From the human T2T-CHM13v2.0 reference genome, Homo sapiens, in the NCBI RefSeq assembly GCF_009914755.1, contig NC_060928.1: 64,000 bases of DNA. One strand, given 5' to 3'. Within the stretch, counting starts at the first letter, position 1, and each line of letters opens with the position of its first letter. The notes beneath the pieces are model-generated. The model did no database searches. It saw nothing but the letters and a program-made list of their open reading frames with translations, and was not told where the DNA came from. A program made the translations under genes and the position numbers. Shown piece by piece: positions 1-16,150 of this stretch.

Positions 1-599
1 TAATGTACATATTGATGAAGCATGCTTGAAAAATAATTGAGATTTTAGCACCATGAAAACACCCAGAAAACTGAAGGTCTTAGTTCTAGTAATAGTTGAA
101 AGTTGCTGTGTGCTAACCTATTCAGAACCAGCAATAAATTATGTGTTGTAAACTTCTGTATCCAGCATCAAATTATAGGTATTATAAATAATAGACTGGC
201 TGCACACAAAGATGAAAATATTCAATTAGAAGCTGCATTACAAGGAAATTTAAATGTTATCCTGTTCATTAAACATCTGAATGCATTTTTTAAAAGATTA
301 ATTTTACCAGGATCTGTGGTACATAATAGTAAAGTAGCTCTCTAAATCAAAATAGGCTATTTGGAAAAGAGATCAGAAAATACCTGAATTAAATGGTATT
401 CACTTTATGTATTTTCAAAATTCTTACAGTTTTTTCCACTTTACATATTGCTTTTCAAGTTTGGCACTTAACATCTTACTTAAATATAAAATTATAACAT
501 CTTGATATTGTTAGTCTTTTTCATTGACCTATTAAGCACATATATTTTAAAAGAAACCATTTGTATTTCTTGCGAACTATATTCTTTTCTATTTTTCAG

Positions 600-735
600 G
601 TACGGATTTTCAAATATGCGCTATATTTCTTCGCTAATTAGTGGTGTTGGTATTTTCATGATGGGTGCAGGACTATCTTGGTACCATGGAGTCATGGGAT
701 TGCTTCATCCTCAACCAATAGAATCCCTTCTATGG
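600..735 (+). CDS. SLC30A9: SLC30A9 (ZnT9) internal coding exon (probably exon 11 of 18)
   Basis: Acceptor ttttcAG at 598-599 and donor GTAAT at 736. Encodes YGFSNMRYISSLISGVGIFMMGAGLSWYHGVMGLLHPQPIESLLW, recognised as the ZnT9 cation-efflux TM region. Ends in phase 0, matching the next exon. Confidence 0.96.
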
Positions 736-854
736 GTAATCCTCTTTTTTTCTCCTCAGTTTTGATGTCTTATGACATAGTGATTGTGTACAGTAGAAGG
801 CCTTTGTCATATTGGTGTTAAAGGAGAATGACATACACCTTCTTGACTGTGTAT

Positions 855-1995
855 TGTAGGGTTATGTATCTATAGTTTAATTTTTAGAATGTGACTGGAC
901 ATAACCTCTAAATCCATAAGATTCAATGATGTTGAACAAGATCTCTGTAGGTACCAATTATCAAGCCCTGCTCCTTGGTTAAAATCTTGGGCAGTTCCAC
1001 TAATTTCTCCAGTTACTGTTGAAGAACAAGAAAACCTCTGTTCACTTTTGGTCCCAAGAATAGTCTCATTTCAGTAATTAAAATATTCAGACCCATGTAA
1101 TAGTCATAAGTTGGAACTATATTTGAAGTTAAAGCTTCTCTTTTCCCGCATCCTGGGCTTCCTTCAGGTAGGAAGCCTGCACTGGGGGAATGGGAGGATA
1201 GCAGGATGATCACCCGTATGATCCCCTCTGGGGCTTCTGCCCCTCTCTCCTATTCCCTGGAAAGTGTTGAGGGTTTGGATAAGGGATAAAAACATACCAC
1301 TTTACTGACTACAGTGTTATTTTGCATTGGTTTCCTCTGGCCTTTGTAGATGTTTAAAACTGTCTTTTTTTTTCTCATGGGCACTTCTTGGAGATTACCC
1401 TGCTTGGCTGCTCTGGCTATGGCTGCCCAAATTGATCACATAGCCTACCCTCTCAGCTTCTGCATCTCATGGTGTGGTTTCCAGACAGTGCTGAAGTTGT
1501 CTTGCATTTGGAAAGAATGCCCTTTGAGCAGCTGATCTCCTTATAAAAGACTCCTAGGGACCTGTGTGTTAAAACAGACATCTTTAACACACTTTCTGTG
1601 GGAGTGCAGGTTTTTCTCTCAAGCCCAATGATCTACTCTGCTGATACAGCCAATATCAGTTAGTAGGCTTGCGTATGGATGTATCACTCAGGTATGCATC
1701 AGACAGTTTGCTGTGATATCCAATATCCCGGGGGACACACATCAAGGCTACTGAACAATCTTAGTAGCTCAACAGCTTTCACCAAAGAAATCTTCATTTT
1801 TGGCCTCCTCAATTTCAGCTCTTCTTATGTGGTCTAGAGGATGTGGAGCTAGCATGTAGTCTAGTGGGTAGAGGCCCCAGGTTTGGGCTACCTTCTGTGC
1901 AAGGCCTAAATAGATGGTATAACACCTCCTTTTGGAATGTGGGGATACTTGTACCTATTTTCTTCTCTATTTTGGGTTGTAGTCAGAACTAGACA
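855..1995. mobile_element. Candidate ancient solo LTR (family uncertain, possibly LTR78-like)
   Basis: ~1.14 kb block, more GC-rich than the flanking intron, bounded by TG (855) and CA (1995). The 4-bp flanks GTAT/GAAT resemble a decayed TSD. Internal TATAAAA at 1542. Family is only a weak recollection. Confidence 0.35.
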
Positions 1996-2923
1996 GAATC
2001 AATCTGTCTACTTTTTTAATATCCTGTTATATCATACAAATCTACTTAATAACAAGCACATTAAACTAGGCTTATTTGTTATTCTCTAGTTTTCTATAGT
2101 TTTGATTGACTAGTTTCTTACCATAATACATTTCATATAATTAAAACAAACAAATGTGTTTCCTCCATTCTGAAAAGATTTGGCCACTTTATGGGTACTT
2201 CATTGTTCTAGCGTTCTTCTAATTTGTATAGTGTCACTTTATAGGGGCAAAGCACTCTCTGTAGTTAGAGATTAGGTAATTAGTTAAATTTTCAGTTGTG
2301 TATAAGTTTTAAAACTTCTAAAAGCTCTTGTGTCTTTCAGTAACTAAATGGGTTTCCATTAGACTATGGCCCTTTTTAAAATAGTGTTGGACTAGGTTCA
2401 AAGTTTTCAGACCTCTATTTTAGGAAAGCCTAGGGTTCTAAACATTGTTGAAAATTCTGTAGATGTTTGGTTTGAATTTCATTAAAATAAAAAAAATGTG
2501 TTGCTAGGTTAACTTTTTTTTTTTGATACACCCCTGTCTAAAGCTTTTTTTACCATCTTTAATTGAAGAGTGTCCTGGGATTGCAGGGAATGTGGTATTA
2601 CCAAAAAACAAACATTGGTTACTGTTTGTAACTACTTATCTTTCTGAATCAGGATTTTCTTGGTATTAGGCATGGAAGCAAAATCCAGAAGTTACTTGAG
2701 TTTGGGTGTGGATCTTACTGTATCTGGTGTCTACCACTCCTGATATCAAATATTGTATTCATATCTCATTGTCCTCCTCATTTGAGTTGTTTCCCATTAG
2801 TAACCTTACTGTCTGGCTTAAATTTGAATTCGTGTTTTTGTTTTAGACATTACGGACTTTATATATGAACAATTGTGATTGGAAGTACTTAATTTATGCT
2901 TTATTTTAATATTTCTTTTCTAG

Positions 2924-2963
2924 GCATATTGTATTTTAGCAGGATCATTAGTATCTGAAGGAG
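2924..2963 (+). CDS. SLC30A9: SLC30A9 40-nt coding exon (probably exon 12)
   Basis: Acceptor ttttctAG at 2922-2923 and donor GTATGT at 2964. Encodes AYCILAGSLVSEG+G. Not in the ORF track; found by continuing the protein in frame. Confidence 0.95.
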
Positions 2964-3151
2964 GTATGTACTGTCACAAAGTATGTCTCTATTCTTAATT
3001 TAGTAATATATATTCAGCTGTCCATTATTATAGTTTGCTAAGTTCTGTTGATTAAAGAAAAGCAAGTGTGGGAATAGGCATCTAAGCTTTCTCTACTTTT
3101 AGGGAGTAAAGTCTTTGCATAATGTACTGTGGTTGTTCTGTAATGGATAGC

Positions 3152-3472
3152 TGTGGGGGGGTGTGTAACTGCGCCCTGCCATGGGATGGCATCCTGGCAA
3201 GGCCTCATTTCTCTTTGTGTCCTGAGCTGCTAGGATAGGCTCAAGTAGGTGACTATCAGATAGATGGAAGACAGTAACTGATGTGGCATGAAAGCGCTTA
3301 GCAAGCCCACCATATTTGTGGTTATTTTTAAACTATGTGGTGGTAAGAGGTGTTCCTTACAGTTTTCACTTTGCAAGCATTATTCCTTGATTGAACCCAC
3401 CACCACTACTATCGCTGTTACTTGCCGATTCACTAAAAATTGGATAAATAATTATTTTACTTATTTAAAAGG
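3152..3472 (+). mobile_element. Internal fragment of MER6 (TcMar-Tigger), no terminal repeats
   Basis: Colinear with 5422-5730 (gccctgccatgggatggcatcctggc ... aaaaattggRtaaataattattttac). Confidence 0.8.
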
Positions 3473-4163
3473 GAAAGTATGTTTCATTTTTGAGTATCAT
3501 ACCATAATACTCAAAACATTTGAAATGGAGTATAAAAAACATAATTAAACTGAACTTTTAAAATTAGAGTTTAATAATATTCACCAGAAGAATATTATTT
3601 ACTGGCTCTTGTGAGACAAATATTTCAAAGTTTTTGAAATACACAGCTATAGCAGTATGATGACAGAGAACTGCTAATATCAGTATAAAACTGCCTGATT
3701 CACTGCTGTGCTCATGTTTACTTCTGAAACATTGTAACTTTCTATGTATAATGTTCCCTTCATCTATTTTTAAAATTAACATTTTTTATTGACAGATCCT
3801 AATTGTATATGTTTATGGGGCCCCTCGTCTTTGAAAGTCTATGAAATGGTTATAACACAACCTGCTTCAAAAGATTGGGAGGCTCAGAAATGAATGTGGT
3901 TAGTGTGGTGCTGCCAAATAGCAGCTCTTCAATAAACTAAAGCTGTTGTTATTAGTAATTATATTTAATTATTATGGTTTAGAACTATGGGGTTCATTTT
4001 ATTATAATGATTAATTGATAACAACTAATTAACATAGAACTTGTCCTTATTGCCAACCCTAGTTTTAAAATGTTGTGCTTATTTGTTTATCTTTTGAGAT
4101 GCCATCTTTAAAGTTTGGAGGCATGAAGTTTCTGTCTTGCTGATATGAATGCTTTTCTTTTAG

Positions 4164-4235
4164 CAACACTTCTTGTTGCTGTAAATGAACTTCGTAGGAA
4201 TGCTCGGGCTAAAGGAATGTCATTTTACAAGTATG
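4164..4235 (+). CDS. SLC30A9: SLC30A9 72-nt coding exon (probably exon 13)
   Basis: Acceptor cttttAG at 4162-4163 and donor GTATGT at 4236. Encodes (A)TLLVAVNELRRNARAKGMSFYKY, phase 1-1. Confidence 0.95.
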
Positions 4236-4698
4236 GTATGTATTTTAGAAACCAAGTGTTTGTTTCACCTCCCTTATTTGCTTAAAATTACTTAGTACTG
4301 TTATTGCTTTGTTCCTAATAGAAATGTACAAAATATATCTGAATATCATCCCTGTGTGGCTCTTACATATCCTTCAGCCCTTATTAAAAAGAAATGTAGT
4401 ATAGAAATTTGAACATGGATACTTTATATTTGGATTTGACTTAAGTGAACTAAGGTATTTCTTTATATGGTTATATAACTTGAGAAAGTAATTTGACTTT
4501 ATGTATCAGTTATTGTTGACATTTAAGCCAAGAAATTATGTTTGCATTGAGCAAGGTTTTTAAAATCATAATCTCTCATACACTTTTTTATCTTAACTTA
4601 TATCTTGATTTTAAATGGATACTTACTAAAATGTTACCTGATAGTATCAAGTTAAGATTTTAGAAATTTTCTTGTCTTGTCTCTTCCCCAATGACTAG

Positions 4699-4806
4699 TA
4701 ATGGAAAGTCGTGATCCTAGTACAAATGTGATATTATTGGAGGATACTGCTGCAGTCTTGGGAGTTATAATAGCAGCCACTTGCATGGGCCTTACTTCTA
4801 TAACAG
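4699..4806 (+). CDS. SLC30A9: SLC30A9 108-nt coding exon (probably exon 14)
   Basis: Acceptor AG at 4697-4698 and donor GTAAAT at 4807. Encodes (V)MESRDPSTNVILLEDTAAVLGVIIAATCMGLTSIT, including the CDF TM5 EDxAA motif. Confidence 0.95.
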
Positions 4807-5203
4807 GTAAATATTCCTTAAATTACAGGTGATTTATTTGTCCTACTTAAATAATTCTCTAATATGTGGGAATTTTCTCTTATATCATTGAATAATATTA
4901 AACCAACAAATTGTTAAATGTTAATTCCATACTAATCATTGACTTATGTAAGACATTTGGTCAGCAGAAGTATTCAGGTTTATTTGAATTAAAAATGTCT
5001 CTAAATTAGAAATAAGGAAGGCTATTTGTAAAGGATTTCTGTAATGCTGTAAGTCTTTCTAGCTGTGACTTAAAAAATTGTGCAATCACTCTGAACTTTT
5101 TATTTACCTATAAAAGTGTGGATAATATTTACCTTGGTAACCTCTTAGGTTTATTAAGAAAATATGAGAGTTTTAATAAACTCTAAAGTTCCAAATAAAT
5201 ATA

Positions 5204-6279
<1,076 letters not shown>

Positions 6280-7379
6280 TATATTGTGGCTCTTGTTCAT
6301 TTGTCTTTTTCCACACTTAATGCCAATAATAACTACTGTTGCCTTCCTATTTCTTTAATTCTAAGTTGTTTGTGTCCTTATTTTGGTAGCTAATTAAAGT
6401 GTTTTGAGGGCCAATAAAATACAAGTAAATGAAAAGACAATTCTATTTTATTTTTATTTTCGAAAACAACCATTTAGCATGAAAAGACTCAATTTATGAA
6501 GTTGGAATTCTCTTGGAAAGGAACTTCTTCCATACTTCTCTATTTGTCCTTACATATTTAAAATAATTTTAGGTGACGAGCTTCCACAGTTCTGCAGTGT
6601 TTCTTCAAATAGTCTGAAATATGAATACTTCTTTCTCATTCTGAGTGTGCATTTTAATACCAAACTAGCATTCTCTGATGTTTATTGTGATCCAAAATAT
6701 TTGTAAAAATGTTGATTGTTTTTCTGGTTGACCATATAGTTTTAGACTGTTTTTGAACATAAATTACTAGCAAAATTTTAGGCTTAAGAAAAGTGTGACT
6801 TGATGCAGATGTCAACTTTGAATAATTTATTTTCTTTTACATAATAATAGAAACCAATCAAATCAAACTTACAAAAATATGTAATGTGTTTTACATGAAT
6901 TAAATTTTTCTTAATTAGCTAATTTATTCAAATTAAATTAAATAACATGCCAAGAAATAAAAGTTTTCTTAAAAAAGGTATTTTCTTTCAGCTAATATTC
7001 CTGTGATTTCTTTAAGAGTACATGAATGTATATATTTAAATAAAAATAACTCCTCACATTTGGATTTCTAAAGAGCAGTATTTGATTTTGAGCTCTATAA
7101 TTACAAAACTTCTAATGGATAATGTTTTACAAGCGGATCATTTTTAACACTTAGTATAGATTAACAAGTTTGCTTTTTAGTGTTACAGCTTAGCAAAATA
7201 TATGTTTTATCAAGCATTAAGAAGAGTTAAATATATTGATGACATTTCATCTTTGGGATAAAAAGACTTGTAGTCATAAAAGCCATGTGTAAAATTTATT
7301 ATAAAGATTTAAAACGTATTTATTGGTGTCTATTATATAAATATTACCTATACATTCATAGATGATAAATCAGCCTTTC

Positions 7380-7588
7380 TCATTGGTTCTGGGAGAGAAG
7401 CCCTGACAACCTAAGGCAAATATTAGAATCAGAATCACCTGAAGGGCTTGGGGAAACACAGAATGCTGAAACCCACATCCAGAATTTTTTATTCAGGGGC
7501 CTGAAATGAGGTCTGAGAATTTGCTTTTCTACCAAGTTTTCAAGTGATGGCTGCTGGTCCAGGAACCACACTTTGAGAAGCACCACCT
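7380..7588. mobile_element. MER5A (hAT-Charlie MITE)
   Basis: tagaatcacctgaagggctt...gaatttgcttttctaccaagtt...ggtccaggaaccacactttgagaagcac. Confidence 0.8.
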
Positions 7589-8142
7589 TGAGGCACCTAT
7601 GGCATGTAATGAATTAAGTTCTCTCCTTTTTATCTAGAATGATACTAGCTATATATCATCCTTGGTTGGATGAGAAGAGAGTCACCCATATTATTTTCTG
7701 TAGGGCTTAATTCTCTTACAGAACATTAGTAGGAAGAAGATACGGAAAAAGGTTTCTTTCAGCTTTTGATTTCACTGTTATTTTGTCTATCTGGTGTAGG
7801 AAAAGTGCTATGGATATAGCTAAAAGAAATGGACTCTTCATTATGTCATTTTTTTGTATTGGTGTCTCTAATCTAAATGTGCTCAGAAACTTCACATATG
7901 TAATGACAGGTACAAGTAAGAGATCTTAATTATGTCACATAGTACTCTTATGAAAGCAAGTTGTAGCATCCTCATTTTGTGGTATATTAAAACTATTAGG
8001 AGTTGTTAAAGGAAGTAATTAAAGAAATTAGGAATAAATTTCAAGTGCCTTGATTTACTCGTTCTGGTTCTTTGCTCTCTATAAAGTTCACTGAAATAAT
8101 ATAAACTGTTAATTTACTGATTTTTTTATGTGCTTCATTTAG

Positions 8143-8308
8143 GCAATCCACTGTATGACAGCCTAGGTTCTTTGGGTGTGGGCACCTTATTAGGCATGGT
8201 CTCAGCATTCCTCATCTACACTAACACAGAAGCACTCTTAGGGCGGTCCATCCAGCCAGAACAAGTACAACGGCTCACTGAACTCCTGGAGAATGACCCA
8301 TCAGTAAG
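8143..8308 (+). CDS. SLC30A9: SLC30A9 166-nt coding exon (probably exon 15), contains the LXXLL motif
   Basis: Acceptor catttAG at 8141-8142 and donor GTCAG at 8309. Encodes (G)NPLYDSLGSLGVGTLLGMVSAFLIYTNTEALLGRSIQPEQVQRLTELLENDPSV. LTELL lies at 8274-8288. Confidence 0.96.
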
Positions 8309-9133
8309 GTCAGCCTTATTCCAGTAATCCTGTTAAGGCTTACAAAAACATATTAAAAAACAGAAATGCCTGGTTTGTAAATACTTCCAGAGGAAGTTTT
8401 GGATTCCTCGTCTTCAGAACGTTTTAGTCTGTAACTTTTCAGAATTATAATCCTGGAAGGAAGAAAGAATACACTTAGGAAACTCCTTCTAAGTTTCCTT
8501 TTAAATTTTCTATACTTCTAATTTTTAGAGTAAGGAAGAGTCAAGTTGATATAATGAGAATGGAAGTTTGCAAAGTAGTTGTCTTCTTAGTGGAAATACT
8601 TAATATGGAACCTGTAGAGTTGCCTTATATTCGCATTGCAATTACAAATTGAATATATTAAATTTAAAAAGATTTTTGTTCATTGGGCAATGATTACCAA
8701 ATTAAATATAATTTATATTTACTTTGAAAATAGACTTTGTTTTAGCTTATTTTAAGTATTTTTCTTATAATCTTTATCTTTTAAATTATGTAAAACTAAA
8801 GAACTGGAGACTTAGGAGATAATCAGCAGAAGAGATACAGAATTCTAATAGTGCTTTTCAGTGAAATTCTAGCAGCATTGTGGTTTTATAATGAAATAAA
8901 AGAACAAACCTTTAAAAACCCAGTTTTCTACTAACTCGCTCTATATTTTTTCAAACTTTAAAATAAGATTTTTTTGTGTATTGTACTTGAAATCTTTAAG
9001 TTAAATCTTTTTAAAATGACCCGTATATCTGAATTAGTAAAATATATTAATGATTACTAGATTTATATTCTGTGCCCTATATGTTTAATCTTGAAAAGTA
9101 ACTATCTTATTGGAACAAGATTAGAAAATGAGA

Positions 9134-9307
9134 GACGGGCACAGTGGCACATGCCTATAGTTCCAGCTACTTGGGAAGCTGAGGCAGGAGGATCACTTGA
9201 GGCCACGAGTTTGAGGCTAGTGTGCAATGATCATGTCTGTGAATAGCCACTCACTGTACTATATTCTGGGCAGCATAGCAAAACCCTGTCTCAAAAAAAA
9301 AAAAAAA
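9134..9307 (+). mobile_element. FAM (fossil Alu monomer)
   Basis: Single monomer with the FAM-type segment atgatcatgtctgtgaatagccact and an A-tail. Decayed TSD AAGATTAGAAnnTGAG. Confidence 0.8.
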
Positions 9308-9374
9308 GATTAGAAGTTGAGCATTATGAAAGTCAGTATTAGAGTTATTAACATAATGTGAGATAATCCAAATT

Positions 9375-10928
<1,554 letters not shown>

Positions 10929-11062
10929 TAATGTCTAAAAAAGAGCCATAAACTGAAAGACTGGCAAATTCGAAATTTTGTGGAAGAGTGAATATCTGTG
11001 GATTCAATTATTGGAAAAAATACGTTAGTAATCCAGAAAATTCATACAATTTTTTTAAACAG

Positions 11063-11547
11063 TATATTAGTTACCTACTGCTGTGTGACAAATTGGCCCA
11101 AAACTTAGTGGTTTAAACAACATATTACCATCTTACAGTTTCTGTGAGTCAGGAATCAGGGCACAGCTTATCTGGGTCTTCGACTTCAGGGTTTCTCATA
11201 GACTGTAATCAAGGTGTTGACTGGGATTATAGTCATCTCCTGGGGAAGGGGCTGCTTCTAACCTTACTCACATGATTGTTCGCAAGATTTAGCTCCTTGC
11301 CAAATGGGCCTCTTCAACATGGCAGCTTGCTTAATCAAAGCGTGCAAATTGATAAGGCAATAGAGAGTGAGTGTGAACAAGACAAAAGTCACAGGTTAGT
11401 CACCTGGTCTTGGAAATGACATCTCATCACTTTGCCATATTTGGTAGTTATAGCCCACATTCAGTGAGAGGAGATCACACAAGGGCTTGCGTATAGGTGG
11501 CAGGGATTGATCATATGGGAGCCCTCCAAACAGTTTTCTGTCTGTAG
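11063..11547. mobile_element. MLT1-family MaLR LTR
   Basis: tattagttacctactgctgtgtgacaaatt...aaaacttagtggtttaaacaaca...cagtttctgtgagtcaggaatc is a typical MLT1 end. Confidence 0.75.
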
Positions 11548-12147
11548 TTAGTTATATGTAAGAACATAAGGAAAAAGTATATCTAAATATATTTATTAGT
11601 TGCTACTCACATACCAGCCAAATAATGAAATGTGTTAATACTCTGTGAAGACTAAAGTAGAAATGATTTTTGAAAATGAATAAATATGTTCTGTGAGTTA
11701 CCAGGAGAGAAAAAAAAAAGAATAAATGATATAGCCTTTTGCCAATCTGAAAAAGTTTTGTTTTAACTTGAGCACATGTAACTATAAATATTAAAACATT
11801 AATTCTTATTTCATCCTTGATGGTTGATTAAAATATAGCTTCCTTATATGGATAAAAAATTTTGGACTCAGTGTTTAGTAACCTGCTCAGGATCCCTCAG
11901 AAATTAGGGTCTAATGTTGTAAGAATACTTGGAGTCTTACGTAGGCTTGTTTTTCTAGTAAATCTCCATGTCCTCAGAATTCAGAGTGTTTTGTTATTTC
12001 TTATATGTGCTGTACAGAAAAGATCTTACAGTGATCACTGTAGAAAGAAGAGAATTTCTCAGCAGTTTCTAGGGAAGATTGTTTACTGAGGGTTAGAGCA
12101 GGAGGGGTGAAAAGTAGTTATGCTTGAGTATCTGCTTTCCTGTCTGG

Positions 12148-12300
12148 GAGGCAAAAGGGTATGATGCAAATACCACTGGGCTTGGATTTCTGAAGAGCTG
12201 GGCTGGGGAGTCCTAATCTGCTGTTTACTAGCTAAATTACCTTGAGCAAGTCACTTATGCCACTCTAGGATGGTTTTATCATGTATAAAATAAAGATGTC
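12148..12300 (+). mobile_element. MIR
   Basis: Core ttactagctaaattaccttgagcaagtcactt...tcatgtataaaataaagat. Confidence 0.6.
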
Positions 12301-12616
12301 ACCCTATCCACTTATGAAAGCCATCCATTAAATGCCTGCCTTATAGTTCTTACTGTATTAAACATTTTATATATGTATTAGCTCATTATTCCTCACATCA
12401 AGTCCCATGTGGCAGTTATTATTAACCTCATTCTAATAGAGAACTTCACAGCATTGTATGAAGACTTTTAAAGAAGCTAGTGAACATACAATTGGTTAAT
12501 ATACTCTACAACACCATTATAAATTAAAACAAATTTTTATATGGCATTTAGGAAATTGATAAGTAGATATATGGAGACAAAGGCTTATGAGATAACATGA
12601 CATTTTAGAAAATTGA

Positions 12617-12974
<358 letters not shown>

Positions 12975-13258
12975 AGAGTTAATGAACTTTTAATACATGA
13001 GCTTTATAATTCATAAATTACCATAAAATAATATTTGTTAAGTTTGCACCTTTGTATGATATCATGCCAAAAAAAAAGCTAAACGGACAGGCCTTGGAAA
13101 ATGATAGGTGGTACTTAATGGTGAATACTCTGAAGCCATCTTAGTCCATTCTCGTAACTAGTGGGGAAAAAAACAATAATTCAAGCCTTTGTGCTATTAA
13201 AGTATATATATGTGTATGTATGTATAAATAAATTTGTATGCATTGTTATTGATTGCAG

Positions 13259-13388
13259 GGCAATTCATGATGTTAAAGCCACAGATCTGGGATTAGGTAA
13301 AGTAAGATTTAAGGCAGAAGTAGATTTTGATGGGCGAGTTGTTACAAGATCATATTTGGAAAAACAAGATTTTGACCAAATGTTACAA
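13259..13388 (+). CDS. SLC30A9: SLC30A9 130-nt coding exon (probably exon 16)
   Basis: Acceptor ttgcAG at 13257-13258 and donor GTAAGT at 13389. Encodes (R)AIHDVKATDLGLGKVRFKAEVDFDGRVVTRSYLEKQDFDQMLQ. Confidence 0.96.
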
Positions 13389-13579
13389 GTAAGTTTATTT
13401 GTTGTTTTCTTACATAACTGAGGGTTAGAAAAATGCTTTTAAGGTAAACAAAATGAAATTTTTTTTTATAGATCTTAAAGGCACTTTAGCTCTCAACTTC
13501 TTAGGTTCCAAAATTTAACAGAGACCTTTATATTTACTATGGAGGGGTTCAGAGGAGACAGCAAAAGAACAAACTTACT

Positions 13580-13775
13580 ATTTCATGCTTGCTATGTGCA
13601 TTTAATCTTTTTTTATCTAATTTACCCTCAACAACCCTGTTATTTCAACAATGAAATAACATTTTTATTTTAACATATATAGAAATTGAAAGACAGAGAT
13701 TAAGTAATTTGCCTTAAGTTGTAGTGCCACAGAGATGGAGTCATATATGAATCGAGATCTGCCTGACTCCAGAAT
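13580..13775 (-). mobile_element. MIR
   Basis: cctcaacaaccctg...gaaattgaaagacagagattaagtaatttgcc...ctgcctgactccaga. Confidence 0.6.
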
Positions 13776-14283
13776 CCATTTTTTTATTAAGAATAGTTTA
13801 AAAGAGAATTTATAAAACAGAATATAATGAACAGCACAGATGTTACCACTTGCCCCTGTCAAATCTTAACATTTTGCTATAGTGTATTTGCTTAAGGTCT
13901 TAAAAAAAGAAATAATTACAAAAACAGTTCAAGCCCCCATTTTCTCTTTCTATATCTCATTCTTCTTCTTCCATCCCTAGAATTAAACATTATGCTGAAT
14001 TTGGTACCTGTCTTTTCCATTCAGATTTTTATACTTTTCAGCATTTTTTAGTGTAATATGTAACATTTTGAATGTTTAAAAATTGGTATAAATGGTATCC
14101 TACTGTATGCGTCTCTACAATTGGCATAACAACATATTTTTTAGATTCTTCCGTGTTAATTTATATATCTCTAGTCAGTTTACCTTCATTGTTATAGAGC
14201 ATTTCACCCTATGAATATGCTGTAATTTATTTATTTTGTCTCCAGTTGATGGACATTTATATTACTGTTAGAAACAATGCCAT

Positions 14284-14611
<328 letters not shown>

Positions 14612-15006
14612 TCACACGTTTCCTTGTTCACATATATGAAAATTTCTTTAGTATGGTGTATATATAGATAGCTAGATTTTAAATAGGTGGGCCATTGGGT
14701 GTACTTACCTTCAGCTTGCCTAGGTCTTACCAAGTTATTTTCCAAAGTGTGTCAATTTAACTTCCATCATTGTATATCAAGGTTCTTGCTTCCTATTCTT
14801 ACATGATTGTATTAATAGAGTTATTAAATTTTTGCCAGTTTGATAGGTGTGAAATAGTATCTTGTTCTAATTTTATTTCTTGGAGCATTGAGGTTAATAA
14901 ACATTGAAGTTCATTGACCAGTGGGATTTCCTCTACATTGCTCCCTGATTTTTCATGTTTTAAGTTCATTTGCATTACACTTATAGATTTGAAAGGTCTT
15001 TATTTT

Positions 15007-15239
15007 ATTGCATTGTATTATTATTTTTTGAGACAGAGTCTCGCTCTGTCACCCAGGCTGGAGTGCAGTGGCGCGATCTTGGCTCACTGCAACCTCCGCC
15101 CCCCAGGTTCAAGCAATTATCTACCTCAGCCTCCCAAGTAGCTAGGATTACAGGTGCCTGTGACCACACCCGGTTAATTTTTCTATTTTTAGTAGAGATG
15201 GGGTTTCACCATCTTGGCCAGGCTGGTCTTGAACTCCTG
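15007..15239 (-). mobile_element. 5'-truncated AluS
   Basis: Lacks the Alu 5' end, but the perfect 16-bp TSD GAAAGGTCTTTATTTT (14991-15006 / 15240-15255) shows it was truncated at insertion. Confidence 0.9.
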
Positions 15240-15818
15240 GAAAGGTCTTTATTTTTAATATCCTGGATGCTAATTCTTACTTGTATATATGCAATTATTT
15301 TTTTCTAGTTTATAACTTCCTTTTCTTTTTGTTGTTATACAAAATATTTAATATGATTTTTAATTTTAATGTGAGATTTGTAATCTTTTCCTCTGTGCTT
15401 TTTATTCTTTTGCATGAAAAATCCTTCCATATCCCATTATCATAAAAATATTCTCTTCTCATCTAGTAGTTTTGTGGTTTGTTTTTTACCCTTATGTCTT
15501 TCATCCACTTTGAATTATTTTAATGGTCTGACATAGGGATTCAATTTTTTTTTCTTAAGGGAAAATATTCTAACACTATTTATTGACTATATTATTTCCC
15601 CAGTAATTTTGTAGTGCTACCTCTGTGTAGTATTATACTCAGTTTTCTTGATCCGAATTGTTTTGGAAATAGGTAATCCATTGCCTGTGGCTTAAAGTTT
15701 TAAAAATGTTCATTAAACTTAATGGCGTTTGTTATAGGTTTGTTTTTTTTTAAGGAGTCATAAGTGTACCACTATGGTTTTTTAAAAATTTATTTTCCTG
15801 TTTTCATTTTCTTTATAG

Positions 15819-15932
15819 GAAATTCAAGAAGTGAAAACTCCTGAAGAACTAGAGACCTTTATGCTTAAACATGGAGAAAATATTATTGATACTTTAGGAG
15901 CTGAAGTAGATAGACTTGAGAAGGAACTGAAA
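15819..15932 (+). CDS. SLC30A9: SLC30A9 penultimate coding exon (114 nt)
   Basis: Acceptor ctttatAG at 15817-15818 and donor GTAAGA at 15933. Encodes EIQEVKTPEELETFMLKHGENIIDTLGAEVDRLEKELK. Confidence 0.96.
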
Positions 15933-15959
15933 GTAAGATGTATTCATAAAAATAACATA

Positions 15960-16150
15960 ATGATAATGGCAGCTATTTTTTTGAGTACTTACTCTACAGC
16001 AGACACTAAGTGCATCCATCACATGCATGCTTTAACCCACTCATAACTCCACAGTGTGTAGGTATTTATAAGCAAGAAAATGACTGGGTTAGATAAGTTG
16101 AATAATTTACCCAAGGAAATAGGGAAATTGTGATTTGAACCAGATTCTTT
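15960..16150 (-). mobile_element. MIR (degenerate)
   Basis: gctatttttttgagtacttact...cataactcc...gtaggtatt...aagttgaataatttacccaagg...gatttgaacc. Confidence 0.55.

Noticed and set aside
9134-9307. 7SL/SRP RNA gene
   Set aside because: Lacks the S domain and has an A-tail and TSD; it is a fossil Alu monomer.
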